From positions 16,041 through 80,040 of the forward strand of contig CAZQFL010000004.1 in the NCBI GenBank assembly GCA_964592745.1: 64,000 bases of DNA, given 5' to 3'. This document shows, in pieces, positions 29,036 to 37,937 of this stretch. The position numbers and the translations under genes were made by a program. Position 1 is the stretch's first letter; each line of letters starts with the position of its first letter. The stretch comes from an uncultured Desulfurococcaceae archaeon (GTDB lineage Archaea; Thermoproteota; Thermoprotei_A; Sulfolobales; NBVN01). Under the pieces are notes generated by a model that was given only the letters and a program-made list of their open reading frames with translations, was not told the DNA's origin and made no database searches.

Positions 29036-30427
29036 TTAAATAGTGTTGGTTACTGTAGATCCCCTTTTTACCCATATACCTACAGGCTTACTAACAACTA
29101 TCTTACCATCCTTAGCAACTACCATACCTCTAACTACAGTGTACTTAATCCTACCCTTAAGCTTCCAGCCTATGAACGGTGTGATAGGGTGTTTAGCATA
29201 GATGTCTTCTCTTCTTATTACGTACTCTTCATTAGGATCTACTATCACTAAATCTCCATCACTACCGATACTTATGGTACCCTTTCTTGGATATAAATTA
29301 AAGAGCTTAGAGGGATTTCTAGACATTAGTTCAGGTATTTTGGTTAGTGGAATCTTACCCCTAAGTGCGGCATCAAGCATTAGCGGTAAGAAAGTTTGAA
29401 CTCCTATAAACCCTGCTGCTGCACTCCATATGTCCTTATTCAATTTCTCCTTCTCTGCATGAGGCGCATGATCAGAGCCTAAATGGGTTATTATATCATT
29501 AATTATTGCTTCCCATAATGACTTCCTATGTTGTTCCTCTCTTATTGGCGGGTTTACCTTAATTAAAGCACCATATTTATCATAGTCATTAGCTGATAGG
29601 AGTAAGTAATGAGGACACGTCTCACCGTATACGTTGATACCTTCACTTCTTGCCATTTTTAGTAACTCAACACCCTCACGTGATGACATGTGAACTATAA
29701 GTACCTTACCCTTAGTTTTCTTAGAATAGAGTATTAGTCTTTGTATAGCTTCCTCCTCACATATTGGTGGTCTAGAATCTAAGTGAGCTCTGGGATCCAT
29801 TCTCCCTGAAGCTTTCACTTTCTCAGTAAAGTACTTGACAAGAGACCAATTCTCCGCATGAAATGCTATGGGTACATTGTATTTAGCTGATTTTAAAAGT
29901 ATCTCATAAATTGACGAATCTGATGGTGCTGGTATGTTACCTGTTGTTGGTCCTAAGAATACCTTAAATCCTATGGCACCTTCATCAATAATGTCTTCAA
30001 ACTTATCGACATTTCCATCATGAAGCACACCGTAAAGCGCGAAGTCTACATAAGCCTTAGATGATAGTAACGATGCCTTCTCCTTAACTCTAGCACCACT
30101 ATCGACAGGTGGAAGAGTATTAGGCATTTCAAGAACAGTCGTTACACCACCTGCAGCTGCAGCCATAGTTCCATGCGTGAAATCATCCTTATACTCCAAA
30201 CCAGGTTCTCTCATATGGACATGCTCATCAACAATCCCTGGAAGTATAAGCATGCCTTTAGCGTCTATAACCTCAAACCCTGTCCTAGTGGGGATATCCC
30301 TACCTATTTCTACTATTCTACCATCCTCTATCACTATATCAAATTTAAACATCCCTTCAGGTAATACTATAGTACCATTCTTAACTATGAGATTACCTCC
30401 ATACATCAATAACCCCCTCAAAACCAA
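29036..30427 (-). CDS. cyclic amidohydrolase, dihydroorotase-like (pyrC-like; allantoinase/hydantoinase not excluded)
   Basis: 463 aa. DEHVHMREPG...AAAGGVTTVLEMPNT, FKVF (carboxylated Lys position), HAEN and SDHAPH motifs of the class I DHOase/allantoinase group. Confidence 0.7.
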   Translation of the reverse strand: MVLRGLLMYGGNLIVKNGTIVLPEGMFKFDIVIEDGRIVEIGRDIPTRTGFEVIDAKGMLILPGIVDEHVHMREPGLEYKDDFTHGTMAAAAGGVTTVLEMPNTLPPVDSGARVKEKASLLSSKAYVDFALYGVLHDGNVDKFEDIIDEGAIGFKVFLGPTTGNIPAPSDSSIYEILLKSAKYNVPIAFHAENWSLVKYFTEKVKASGRMDPRAHLDSRPPICEEEAIQRLILYSKKTKGKVLIVHMSSREGVELLKMARSEGINVYGETCPHYLLLSANDYDKYGALIKVNPPIREEQHRKSLWEAIINDIITHLGSDHAPHAEKEKLNKDIWSAAAGFIGVQTFLPLMLDAALRGKIPLTKIPELMSRNPSKLFNLYPRKGTISIGSDGDLVIVDPNEEYVIRREDIYAKHPITPFIGWKLKGRIKYTVVRGMVVAKDGKIVVSKPVGIWVKRGSTVTNTI

Positions 30428-30489
30428 TCATACCCTAAATTGCAATAAAATATATTAAACTTTAATTAGAATGAAAGAATAAGTAGGTG

Positions 30490-30772
30490 ATGGCATACGA
30501 GCTTAAGGAGTGTAGATATAAATAGCTTAGACGAGGAGACAAGGAATGAATTACTTAGTGCATTAAACAACATAGGTAATAAGGATGTTAAAATTTTTGA
30601 AAGTGTTATTATACCTGTGAGGATACAACATATCGTTAACGAACTATCTAAGGAGGGTTACGTAATAATTGAGACATTAATAATTAATGGAAGGCTCTTC
30701 ATTATAGCTTTAAAGAGATCTAATAAAGATTTAGGATTAGCGCCTGATTATGACGTAAAATACTCTAAGTAG
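30490..30772 (+). CDS. small conserved-looking ORF whose 93-codon frame has no canonical start (frameshifted gene or recoding candidate)
   Basis: The frame is open from 30491 to TAG 30770-30772 (..SLDEETRNELLSALNNIGNKDVKIFESVIIPVRIQHIVNELSKEGYVIIETLIINGRLFIIALKRS..). The only early ATG (30490) is in the -1 neighbouring frame and stops after 11 codons at AAA-TAG (30520-30525). Confidence 0.3.
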
Positions 30773-30785
30773 AAGAAACATTTAA

Positions 30786-33230
30786 ATGTTTTACGTAATA
30801 AGCATCCTAACAAAAACTTTTTTCTGTACCCTACGACTAATCACGGGATTAAAAGTGACCTCAGTAATTGAGGGTTTCGCATTTATAGGTAAGAGAATTC
30901 CCCGAAAAGATGCGGAACTTAAGGTTACCGGAAAGGCTCAGTTTACTAGCGATATATGGCTTCCTGGCATGCTGTATGGTAGAATACTCAAGAGTCCCTA
31001 TGCACATGCTATAATAAGGCGTATAGACACATCAGGAGCTGAACGATTAGGTGCTGTAGTAATTACGTGGAAAGACGTACCCAATAAGCTCTATAATCCT
31101 AGACTTGTAAGTATTGAAGAAGATACATTTAAGGATTGGCAAATACTCACCAACCATCCTAGATTTGTAGGTGAACCAATAGCAGCTGTAGCCGCACCTA
31201 GTGAGGAGGCGGCACAAAGAGCTTTAGAGGCTCTAAGAATTGAAGTCGAGAAAGTTTACAAACCCATACTCGACCCCTTTGAGTCTATGACGCCTGGAGC
31301 ACCGAAAATACATGAGAAGATACTTAGAGGTAATACTGAAATAACAGTAGAAAATAATGTTGGAGCTACATTAGAGTATAGTGAAGGTGATGTTGATAAG
31401 GCGTTTAGAGAAGCAGATGTAGTTATCGAGCGTAGATTCAAGACTAATAGAAGGTATCACTTCACATTAGAACCTAGAGGTGCCGTATGTAGACCAGATC
31501 CTGACGGAGGCATAACTGTATGGTCTACAACACAGACCATACATAATACTAAGATCCTCATATCTCAACTATTTGACATACCTCAAAGTAAGGTTAGGGT
31601 AGTGAAGACCTACTTAGGTGGAGGTTTCGGTTCAAGCATTCATGTAAACCATGTAACATTGATAGCTGTAGCATTATGTTTAAAGGCTCGTAGACCAGTC
31701 AAGTTAATCCTAACTAGAGAAGAAGATATGATGCATGACCATGTATCTTACCAAATGTACTTCAGAATTAAGGCTGGAGCTAAGAGGGATGGTACGTTAA
31801 TAGCAGGTGAATTTGAAAATATAATGGACATAGGTGCTCATCAAATTCAGGCATACCCACTATTAGGTACTGCATTAGGATGGTTTGTGTCATTATATAA
31901 GTGGAGGAACATTAGATACATAGGAAAAGCTGTATACACTAATAAAGTACCGGCATGTGCGTTCAGAGGCTATGGCAATCCTCAAGTAACATGGGCTGTA
32001 GAGACAGTAATTGATGAATTAGCTGAAGAATTAGGTATAGATCCAGTAGAATTTAGACTTAAGAATTACAAAGGTAAGGGTGAAATATTTTGGGGTCAAG
32101 GACCAACAGTTAGGTCTATAATAAGAAGTGATGGAGTTCCTGAGTTAATGGATGTTGGTAGGAAATGGATTGGTTGGGAAAGGAGGAATAAGTTACCTAA
32201 GACTGGTAGATTTAGGAGAGGTATCGGCGTAGCTAGAGGATTCCATACATCAGGTGCTGGAGGACCTATTTCAGGATCAACTATAGACTACACTGGTGCA
32301 GTAATCAAAGTTAATGAGGATGGAACTATAGATTACGTAACAGCTCTACAGGATCACGGTGGTGGAACTATAGATGCTCACGTTAAGATAATAGCTGAGG
32401 AACTTCAAGTACCACCTGAGAAGATAAACGTAGTACCTGTTGATACATCATTTACGCCTTACGATGTCTGTACACATGCCTCAAGAGGAGTTTACGTAGG
32501 TGGTGAAGCCGCTAGGAGGGCTGCACAGGAAATTAAGAGAAAGATTAAGGAGTTAGCTGTGAGATACTTCGAGCAAGAGTATAAGGAAAGACCAGTGAAC
32601 TTTGAAGCCATTAGGATAAAGTACGATCCTAAGGTTAACGATGCTGTAATATATGTTGAAGGTACTAATATGAGGATAACTCTAAGTGAGTTAGCTAAAT
32701 TAGCATGGCAAAAGAATTGGGGAACGTTAATCGCTAGCGTAACTTACAGGTCAACAGTGGCTCCACCAAGCTTTACCGTATACTTCGTTGAGGTTGAAGT
32801 AGATACTGAGACAGGAATTGTAAGACCTGTGAGAGTATTCGCAGGTGCTGATATGGGTACGGTAATTAATCCCGACTTAGCTGCAGGTCAAATTCACGGT
32901 GGCTTCATGATGGGTTGGAGCTGGGCCACATTAGAGGACACAGTATACGACCCTGAGACAGGTGAACTACTTAATAAGGGCTTAGTAATAGATTACAAGA
33001 TACCGACAGCTCAAGATACACCAAAGCTTAAGGACTTCTATGTATACTTTGCACATACCTATGAACCTACAGGACCCTATGGAGCTAAAGGTATAGGTGA
33101 GGCAGCAGCTAATCCAGTACCAGCTGCTATAGCTAACGCTATAGCAAATGCGTTAGGCATAAGGTTCTATGAATTACCAATAACACCAGAAAGAATACTC
33201 GAAGCACTAAAAAAGAAAGAGAAGGGGTGA
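30786..33230 (+). CDS. molybdenum hydroxylase large subunit (molybdopterin-binding), copy 2
   Basis: 814 aa as tracked. GGGFGSS, FRGYGNPQ, and the catalytic-Glu region GAKGIGEAAANPVPAAIANAI. The hydrophobic first 23 aa look spurious. The in-frame GTG at 30855 (VTSVIEGFAFIGKRIPRKD...) is a likelier start. Confidence 0.85.
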   Translation: MFYVISILTKTFFCTLRLITGLKVTSVIEGFAFIGKRIPRKDAELKVTGKAQFTSDIWLPGMLYGRILKSPYAHAIIRRIDTSGAERLGAVVITWKDVPNKLYNPRLVSIEEDTFKDWQILTNHPRFVGEPIAAVAAPSEEAAQRALEALRIEVEKVYKPILDPFESMTPGAPKIHEKILRGNTEITVENNVGATLEYSEGDVDKAFREADVVIERRFKTNRRYHFTLEPRGAVCRPDPDGGITVWSTTQTIHNTKILISQLFDIPQSKVRVVKTYLGGGFGSSIHVNHVTLIAVALCLKARRPVKLILTREEDMMHDHVSYQMYFRIKAGAKRDGTLIAGEFENIMDIGAHQIQAYPLLGTALGWFVSLYKWRNIRYIGKAVYTNKVPACAFRGYGNPQVTWAVETVIDELAEELGIDPVEFRLKNYKGKGEIFWGQGPTVRSIIRSDGVPELMDVGRKWIGWERRNKLPKTGRFRRGIGVARGFHTSGAGGPISGSTIDYTGAVIKVNEDGTIDYVTALQDHGGGTIDAHVKIIAEELQVPPEKINVVPVDTSFTPYDVCTHASRGVYVGGEAARRAAQEIKRKIKELAVRYFEQEYKERPVNFEAIRIKYDPKVNDAVIYVEGTNMRITLSELAKLAWQKNWGTLIASVTYRSTVAPPSFTVYFVEVEVDTETGIVRPVRVFAGADMGTVINPDLAAGQIHGGFMMGWSWATLEDTVYDPETGELLNKGLVIDYKIPTAQDTPKLKDFYVYFAHTYEPTGPYGAKGIGEAAANPVPAAIANAIANALGIRFYELPITPERILEALKKKEKG

Positions 33231-33234
33231 TAAA

Positions 33235-34161
33235 ATGACGAACGTAAATATTAAACCTTCAATGATAAATTACTTCAATACACGTATAATACCTATAGAC
33301 TTTGAGTACTTTGAGCCAAAAACATTGAATGAAGCATTAGAACTACTTAGTAAATTCGGTAAGGAAGCTAAGATATTAGCTGGCGGTACTGACTTATTAG
33401 TTCAAATGAAGATTCGTAGGAAGACACCAAAGTATGTGATAAACATAAAGAAGATACCAGAATTAGTCTTTATAAGAATGAGTAATGACGCCATACATAT
33501 AGGTGCTGCAACTAAGTTAAGAATGATTGAGAAGGCAGAATACATAAGGAAGTATTATCAAGCACTTTATGAAGCCATAAGATCCATGGCTTCAGTTCAA
33601 ATTAGGAATATGGGAACTATTGGTGGTAATTTGTGTAATGCTTCTCCTGCTGCAGATACTGCACCACCACTCATGATATACGAAGCAAAACTAAAACTAA
33701 TAAGTAAGAGAGGTGAAAGGGTAGTGCCAATAACAGAATTCTTTAAAGGACCTGGCATAACTATCTGTGAACCTGATGAGTTACTTCTAGAGATAATTAT
33801 TCCAAAACCTCCTACTAAAAGATTTGGTTCGAAATTCATAAAAATAGCTAGAACATCTATGGATTTAGCTAAAGTGAACGTGGCTGTAGCCCTAAAGGTC
33901 GGTAGTGATATGAAAAGTATAGAAGATGTAAAAATAGCGTTAGGTTCTGTTGCACCAACTCCTATAAGAGCTTATAGTGCTGAGGAATTTCTTAAGGGTA
34001 AAGAATTCAATGAAGAGAATATTAGAAAGGCAGCAGAGATAGCGTCAGCTGAAACCAAACCTATAACGGATGTTAGATCGACAGCTTGGTATAGGAGAGA
34101 AGTTGCTAAGGTTATTGTTAGGGATGCATTAATTGAGGCATATAGAAGAGCTACGGGGTGA
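33235..34161 (+). CDS. molybdenum hydroxylase medium subunit, FAD-binding, copy 2
   Basis: 308 aa. LAGGTDLL, TIGGNLCNASPAADTAPPL. Starts 4 nt after the large-subunit stop. Confidence 0.9.
   Translation: MTNVNIKPSMINYFNTRIIPIDFEYFEPKTLNEALELLSKFGKEAKILAGGTDLLVQMKIRRKTPKYVINIKKIPELVFIRMSNDAIHIGAATKLRMIEKAEYIRKYYQALYEAIRSMASVQIRNMGTIGGNLCNASPAADTAPPLMIYEAKLKLISKRGERVVPITEFFKGPGITICEPDELLLEIIIPKPPTKRFGSKFIKIARTSMDLAKVNVAVALKVGSDMKSIEDVKIALGSVAPTPIRAYSAEEFLKGKEFNEENIRKAAEIASAETKPITDVRSTAWYRREVAKVIVRDALIEAYRRATG
33616..33706. repeat. 91-nt tract identical (as reverse complement) to 24128..24218
   Basis: See partner feature. Both tracts encode T-I-G-G-N-L-C-N-A-S-P-A-A-D-T-A-P-P-L-M-I-Y-E-A-K-L-K-L-I-S in the two FAD subunits. 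Confidence 0.9.
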
Positions 34162-34166
34162 AATGA

Positions 34167-34649
34167 ATGAATATGAGAAGGATTAAATTCAAGTTAAATG
34201 GTGAATTAGTGGAAGTGGATGTTAAACCTAACGAGCTACTATTGAATGTCCTAAGAGAGAAATTCCACTTAACAGGAACTAAGTACTCCTGTGGTTTAGG
34301 TGAATGTGGTGCCTGTACCGTCCTAGTTGATGGTGAGCCTGTATTAGCATGTTTAACCTTAGCTGTTGATGTTGACGGTAAGGAAGTTGTAACTATTGAA
34401 GGTTTAGCAAAGAATGGTGAGCTTGACCCTATACAGAGAGCATTTGCTGAGGAAGGCGCGATTCAGTGTGGATTCTGTACGCCAGGATTCATAATCATAA
34501 CTAAAGCATTACTCTCAGAAAATCCTAATCCAACGGAGGAGGAAATTAGGGAGTACATTAGAGGCAACTTATGTAGGTGTACGGGATACGTAAACATAAT
34601 TAAGGCAATAAAGAGAGCTTCAGAGTACTATAGACAAAATTCAAAGTAG
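34167..34649 (+). CDS. molybdenum hydroxylase small subunit, [2Fe-2S]-binding, copy 2
   Basis: 160 aa. CGLGECGACTV, CGFCTPG, CRCTGY. Confidence 0.9.
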   Translation: MNMRRIKFKLNGELVEVDVKPNELLLNVLREKFHLTGTKYSCGLGECGACTVLVDGEPVLACLTLAVDVDGKEVVTIEGLAKNGELDPIQRAFAEEGAIQCGFCTPGFIIITKALLSENPNPTEEEIREYIRGNLCRCTGYVNIIKAIKRASEYYRQNSK

Positions 34650-34711
34650 TTTTTGGAAACAGGTAGAGTAATTGATACTTAACGCTTAATTTTTCATATT
34701 CGACAGAGATA

Positions 34712-35653
34712 GTGGGGTTCCACATGAGTAGTTTAAAAGGTAGGGATATAATATCTGCTCTCGACTTCACGAGGGATGAAGTAGAACATCTCTTTAAGTT
34801 AGCGGAACAGTTAAGGGAGGAGATTAAGGAGAAGAGCATCTTAGACTATGCTAAGGGTAAGTTAATGATTACAGTATTCTTAGAGCCAAGTACTAGGACT
34901 AGGTTAAGCTTTACATTCGCCATGGTGAGACTGGGAGGTACCGTTATTGACTTCGGACCTGAAGCAGCATCAAGTAGGGCTAAGGGCGAATCCTTTGAGG
35001 ATACCATGAGAATGGTGGATGGTTATGATCCTGACATAATAGTACTTAGACAGAGGACACCCGGTTATGCAGCGCTTGCAGCAAAGATATGTAAAGCTCC
35101 AGTGATTAATGCTGGTGATGGATGGAATGAGCACCCAACACAGGCACTCCTCGATGTATACACTATATGGAGAGAGTTTGGTAGAGTTGATGGCATTAAG
35201 ATAGGCATTATGGGGGACTTAAAATATGGTAGAACTCCAAGCTCATTATCATACCTGCTCTCCAAGTTTAATAATATAACTATATATTACATAGCACCTG
35301 ATGTATTACAAATAAGAGATGAAGTAGTTGAGAAGATTAAAGGTAAGGTTAAATACTATAAAGTATCTAGACTTGAAGATGTTATTGAGGAATTAGATGT
35401 ACTATATGTAACGAGATTACAGAAGGAGAGATTACCTAGTCCTGAGGAATACGAAAAACTTAAGGGAATCTACAAAGTTGATAAGGAACTACTATCGAAG
35501 TTTAAGAGAATACCTATAATAATGCATCCTTTACCAAGGGTTTGGGAACTAGATACTAGTGTAGATGAATTACCTCAAGCTAAATACTTTGAACAAGCAA
35601 AGAATGGACTTTATATAAGAGCTGCACTGATAAAAGAGATACTTGGTGTCTGA
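34712..35653 (+). CDS. pyrB: aspartate carbamoyltransferase catalytic subunit
   Basis: 313 aa. EPSTRTRLSF, HPTQALLD and MHPLPRV motifs. GTG start at 34712, with an alternative ATG at 34724. No pyrI is adjacent. Confidence 0.9.
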   Translation: MGFHMSSLKGRDIISALDFTRDEVEHLFKLAEQLREEIKEKSILDYAKGKLMITVFLEPSTRTRLSFTFAMVRLGGTVIDFGPEAASSRAKGESFEDTMRMVDGYDPDIIVLRQRTPGYAALAAKICKAPVINAGDGWNEHPTQALLDVYTIWREFGRVDGIKIGIMGDLKYGRTPSSLSYLLSKFNNITIYYIAPDVLQIRDEVVEKIKGKVKYYKVSRLEDVIEELDVLYVTRLQKERLPSPEEYEKLKGIYKVDKELLSKFKRIPIIMHPLPRVWELDTSVDELPQAKYFEQAKNGLYIRAALIKEILGV

Positions 35654-35671
35654 AGTAAAGTATAGCAATAG

Positions 35672-36880
35672 TTACTTTCTCTCTAATTCTTCTACGAATT
35701 CTGACAATAACTCAATACCCCTAACCAACCTCTTTTCTTCCTGTGTAACAAAGGTCACTCTTAAATGATTCTTGCCTTCCTTGCCGAATATACTTCCAGG
35801 TAACATCACCACAGCTTTACTCTCAGCTAATTTGTATGTGAAGGTTATGTCATCCATTTTTAACTTCTCTAGGTATGGACTCATATCAGGAAATAAGTAC
35901 ATACTAGCATTTGGCTTCCATATTTTAGCTTCTGGTAAGTACTTTCTAAAAGCTTCATAAGCTGCATCCCTCCTTGACTTGTAGATAGGTAATACCTCCT
36001 TAAGATACCTCTCCTTTATTCCATTCCTTAAAGCAATCAGAGCAAATAATTGTGAAGGCACTGGTGATGTTATACTTAAGTAGCCCTTTAATTTTGTTGC
36101 GTGGAATACGACTTCCTTAGGGCCGTATAAGTATCCTAGTCTGAATCCCGGTATTGCAATGTCTTTAGAAAATGAATTAACGCTTATTACCACCTCAGAG
36201 GCTCCTGAAAATTTCTGAATCCATACATGCTCGCCTTCATATACTATGTGCTTGTATGCTTCATCATATATAATCCATACATTCTTTTCCACAGCTAAGT
36301 CAACGAGTAGTTTAGCTATTTTCTTGTCAATAACTCTACTGGTAGGGTTGTCTGGGCTTGCAAGAAGTACTGCTTTAATACCCTCATCAAACGCTTTCTC
36401 AATACATTCCTCACTCGGTTGGAAGTCTGTCTCAACTGTTTGTGGGCATGTTACTGGTTTTAGGCCTAGGTACTTAAGTAAGCCCCAATAAACACTGTAT
36501 GATGGATCAGGCACTAATATTTTGTCCCCAGGATCGCCAACAACGTTTAAAGCTAAGAATACTGCTTCAACACCACCAGTAGTTACTAATATATCTTCAG
36601 GGTCTACATCTATACCTCCATACTTCTTTAAATCCTCAGATATAGCTTCACGTAGTTCAAGTAGACCTTTAGTTGGTACGTATCTTGAGTAATTAAATGG
36701 ATTCTTTATGAACTCCTCAAAGAATTTGTCGATAGCCTCCTTAGCTGGTGGAAGCCCTGGTTGACCTGCTGAATAATTATATACATCTCTACCCTTACGT
36801 CTTAATTCATCAACTAAAGCTACAAGCTTTCTATGTGGTGAGAGCTCAATTTCCCTAACACGTTTAGATATATTTAACAC
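35672..36880 (-). CDS. class I/II pyridoxal-phosphate aminotransferase (aspartate aminotransferase-like)
   Basis: 402 aa. NPTS, YDEAY, and SFSKDIAIPGFRLGY (PLP lysine). Confidence 0.8.
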   Translation of the reverse strand: MLNISKRVREIELSPHRKLVALVDELRRKGRDVYNYSAGQPGLPPAKEAIDKFFEEFIKNPFNYSRYVPTKGLLELREAISEDLKKYGGIDVDPEDILVTTGGVEAVFLALNVVGDPGDKILVPDPSYSVYWGLLKYLGLKPVTCPQTVETDFQPSEECIEKAFDEGIKAVLLASPDNPTSRVIDKKIAKLLVDLAVEKNVWIIYDEAYKHIVYEGEHVWIQKFSGASEVVISVNSFSKDIAIPGFRLGYLYGPKEVVFHATKLKGYLSITSPVPSQLFALIALRNGIKERYLKEVLPIYKSRRDAAYEAFRKYLPEAKIWKPNASMYLFPDMSPYLEKLKMDDITFTYKLAESKAVVMLPGSIFGKEGKNHLRVTFVTQEEKRLVRGIELLSEFVEELERK

Positions 36881-36985
36881 AATCTCACCTCCCTATGATG
36901 CGTATTCACTCTGATGTACAATTTATTTTACTATAGTTGCTCTATTTAAGGTTAATCCTACTATAATGAATTAGCTTAATTGACC

Positions 36986-37450
36986 TCACACCCTTCTATC
37001 TAATTCATAACCTACAGGTATGTACTTGATTCTACACCCTTTAAGGCTACGTTCTAGCATACTATGCAATGATGATATCTTAGTTGAGTTTCCAGAAACC
37101 ATAATTATTTCTATACACATGTTGTTCAAATGTGTGTGTATGTAACTATGAATGATGTCTCTATATTTTTCTATTATAGATAGTAATGCTGATCTTTCAT
37201 ATTTACCCATGAGGATCATAACGCCTTGACACTGATGGGGAGTTAAATAATGAACATGGTCTTGAAGGAAATCCCTTAAAGCCTTCTCTATAAGGCTTGA
37301 CCTATTCATACCGAGTTTACTAGCTAATTCATCAAGTGTGTTAGCGAGCACATAAGGTATTGATACTCCAAATCTTCTCTTACCTCTTTCCATCTCCCTA
37401 ACCTCTGCCCTTAAAATACTATGTCTAAGGGAATTAAAATAACTAGTCAT
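36986..37450 (-). CDS. NikR-family metal-responsive transcriptional regulator (RHH + ACT-like metal-binding domain)
   Basis: 154 aa. N-terminal RHH (RRFGVSIPYVLANTLDELASKLGMNRSSLIEKALRDFL). The C-terminal IIHSYIHTHLNNMCIEIIMV parallels the E. coli NikR H76/H87-x-H89/C95 nickel site (LHVHINHDDCLEIAVL). Confidence 0.7.
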   Translation of the reverse strand: MTSYFNSLRHSILRAEVREMERGKRRFGVSIPYVLANTLDELASKLGMNRSSLIEKALRDFLQDHVHYLTPHQCQGVMILMGKYERSALLSIIEKYRDIIHSYIHTHLNNMCIEIIMVSGNSTKISSLHSMLERSLKGCRIKYIPVGYELDRRV

Positions 37451-37460
37451 AGATTTAGAG

Positions 37461-37931
37461 TTAGGTAGTTAACTTTTTCATCTCTTTATAGAACTTATAT
37501 CCGAGAAGAAACGGGATTAATGATACGTAACCTAATATTCCATCAATTCTTAGCAGGTTACTTATGATAGCATTAAGTCTTAACTCCTCATTAACTATTA
37601 GTTCATCAGCAATGTAGGCTAATGTTGCTAGAACTTGAAGACACATTACAGTTATAGCTAATCCTCCACCTACGAGTATGGATGCTATGCTTAGAACGGT
37701 ATTTCCTCTCATTAAGTAGTATGCTGAAGCGCTATATGTTAAACCTATCGACACTAGTACTATACCCAACCAAGGATCTGGTGGTATGAATTGTTTTAGA
37801 ATGACTTTACCATTGATTAATGAAGATATAATCCAATTATGTATACATAGAGATCCTGATACAATGTACATTAACCCGAGTATAAAGGCAAGGAGCGAAG
37901 CTGTGATTAATATCGATCTATCCTTAACCAT
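37461..37931 (-). CDS. small integral membrane protein (4 predicted helices), function unknown
   Basis: 156 aa, hydrophobic, sitting between feoB and the nikR-like gene on the same strand. Confidence 0.45.
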   Translation of the reverse strand: MVKDRSILITASLLAFILGLMYIVSGSLCIHNWIISSLINGKVILKQFIPPDPWLGIVLVSIGLTYSASAYYLMRGNTVLSIASILVGGGLAITVMCLQVLATLAYIADELIVNEELRLNAIISNLLRIDGILGYVSLIPFLLGYKFYKEMKKLTT

Positions 37932-37937
37932 ATCACA

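Noticed and set aside
30786-30854. Hydrophobic 23-aa N-terminal extension of the copy-2 large subunit; similarly the 35-aa extension 58120..58224 of glycerate kinase
   Set aside because: The extensions have no counterpart in the paralog or family, and better-placed internal starts exist (GTG 30855; ATG 58119 with upstream G-rich and TATA-like elements). I treat them as over-extended ORF calls rather than signal peptides.
36893-36925. ATGATGC...CTGA (C/D-like boxes) upstream of the aminotransferase at 35672..36880; also ATGATGC...CTGA near 44368-44412
   Set aside because: The C-like box is imperfect, the spacings are 9 nt and ~29 nt rather than 12, there is no second box pair, and the TTATGGATGA leader is absent. 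Both lie in probable 5' UTR/promoter DNA.
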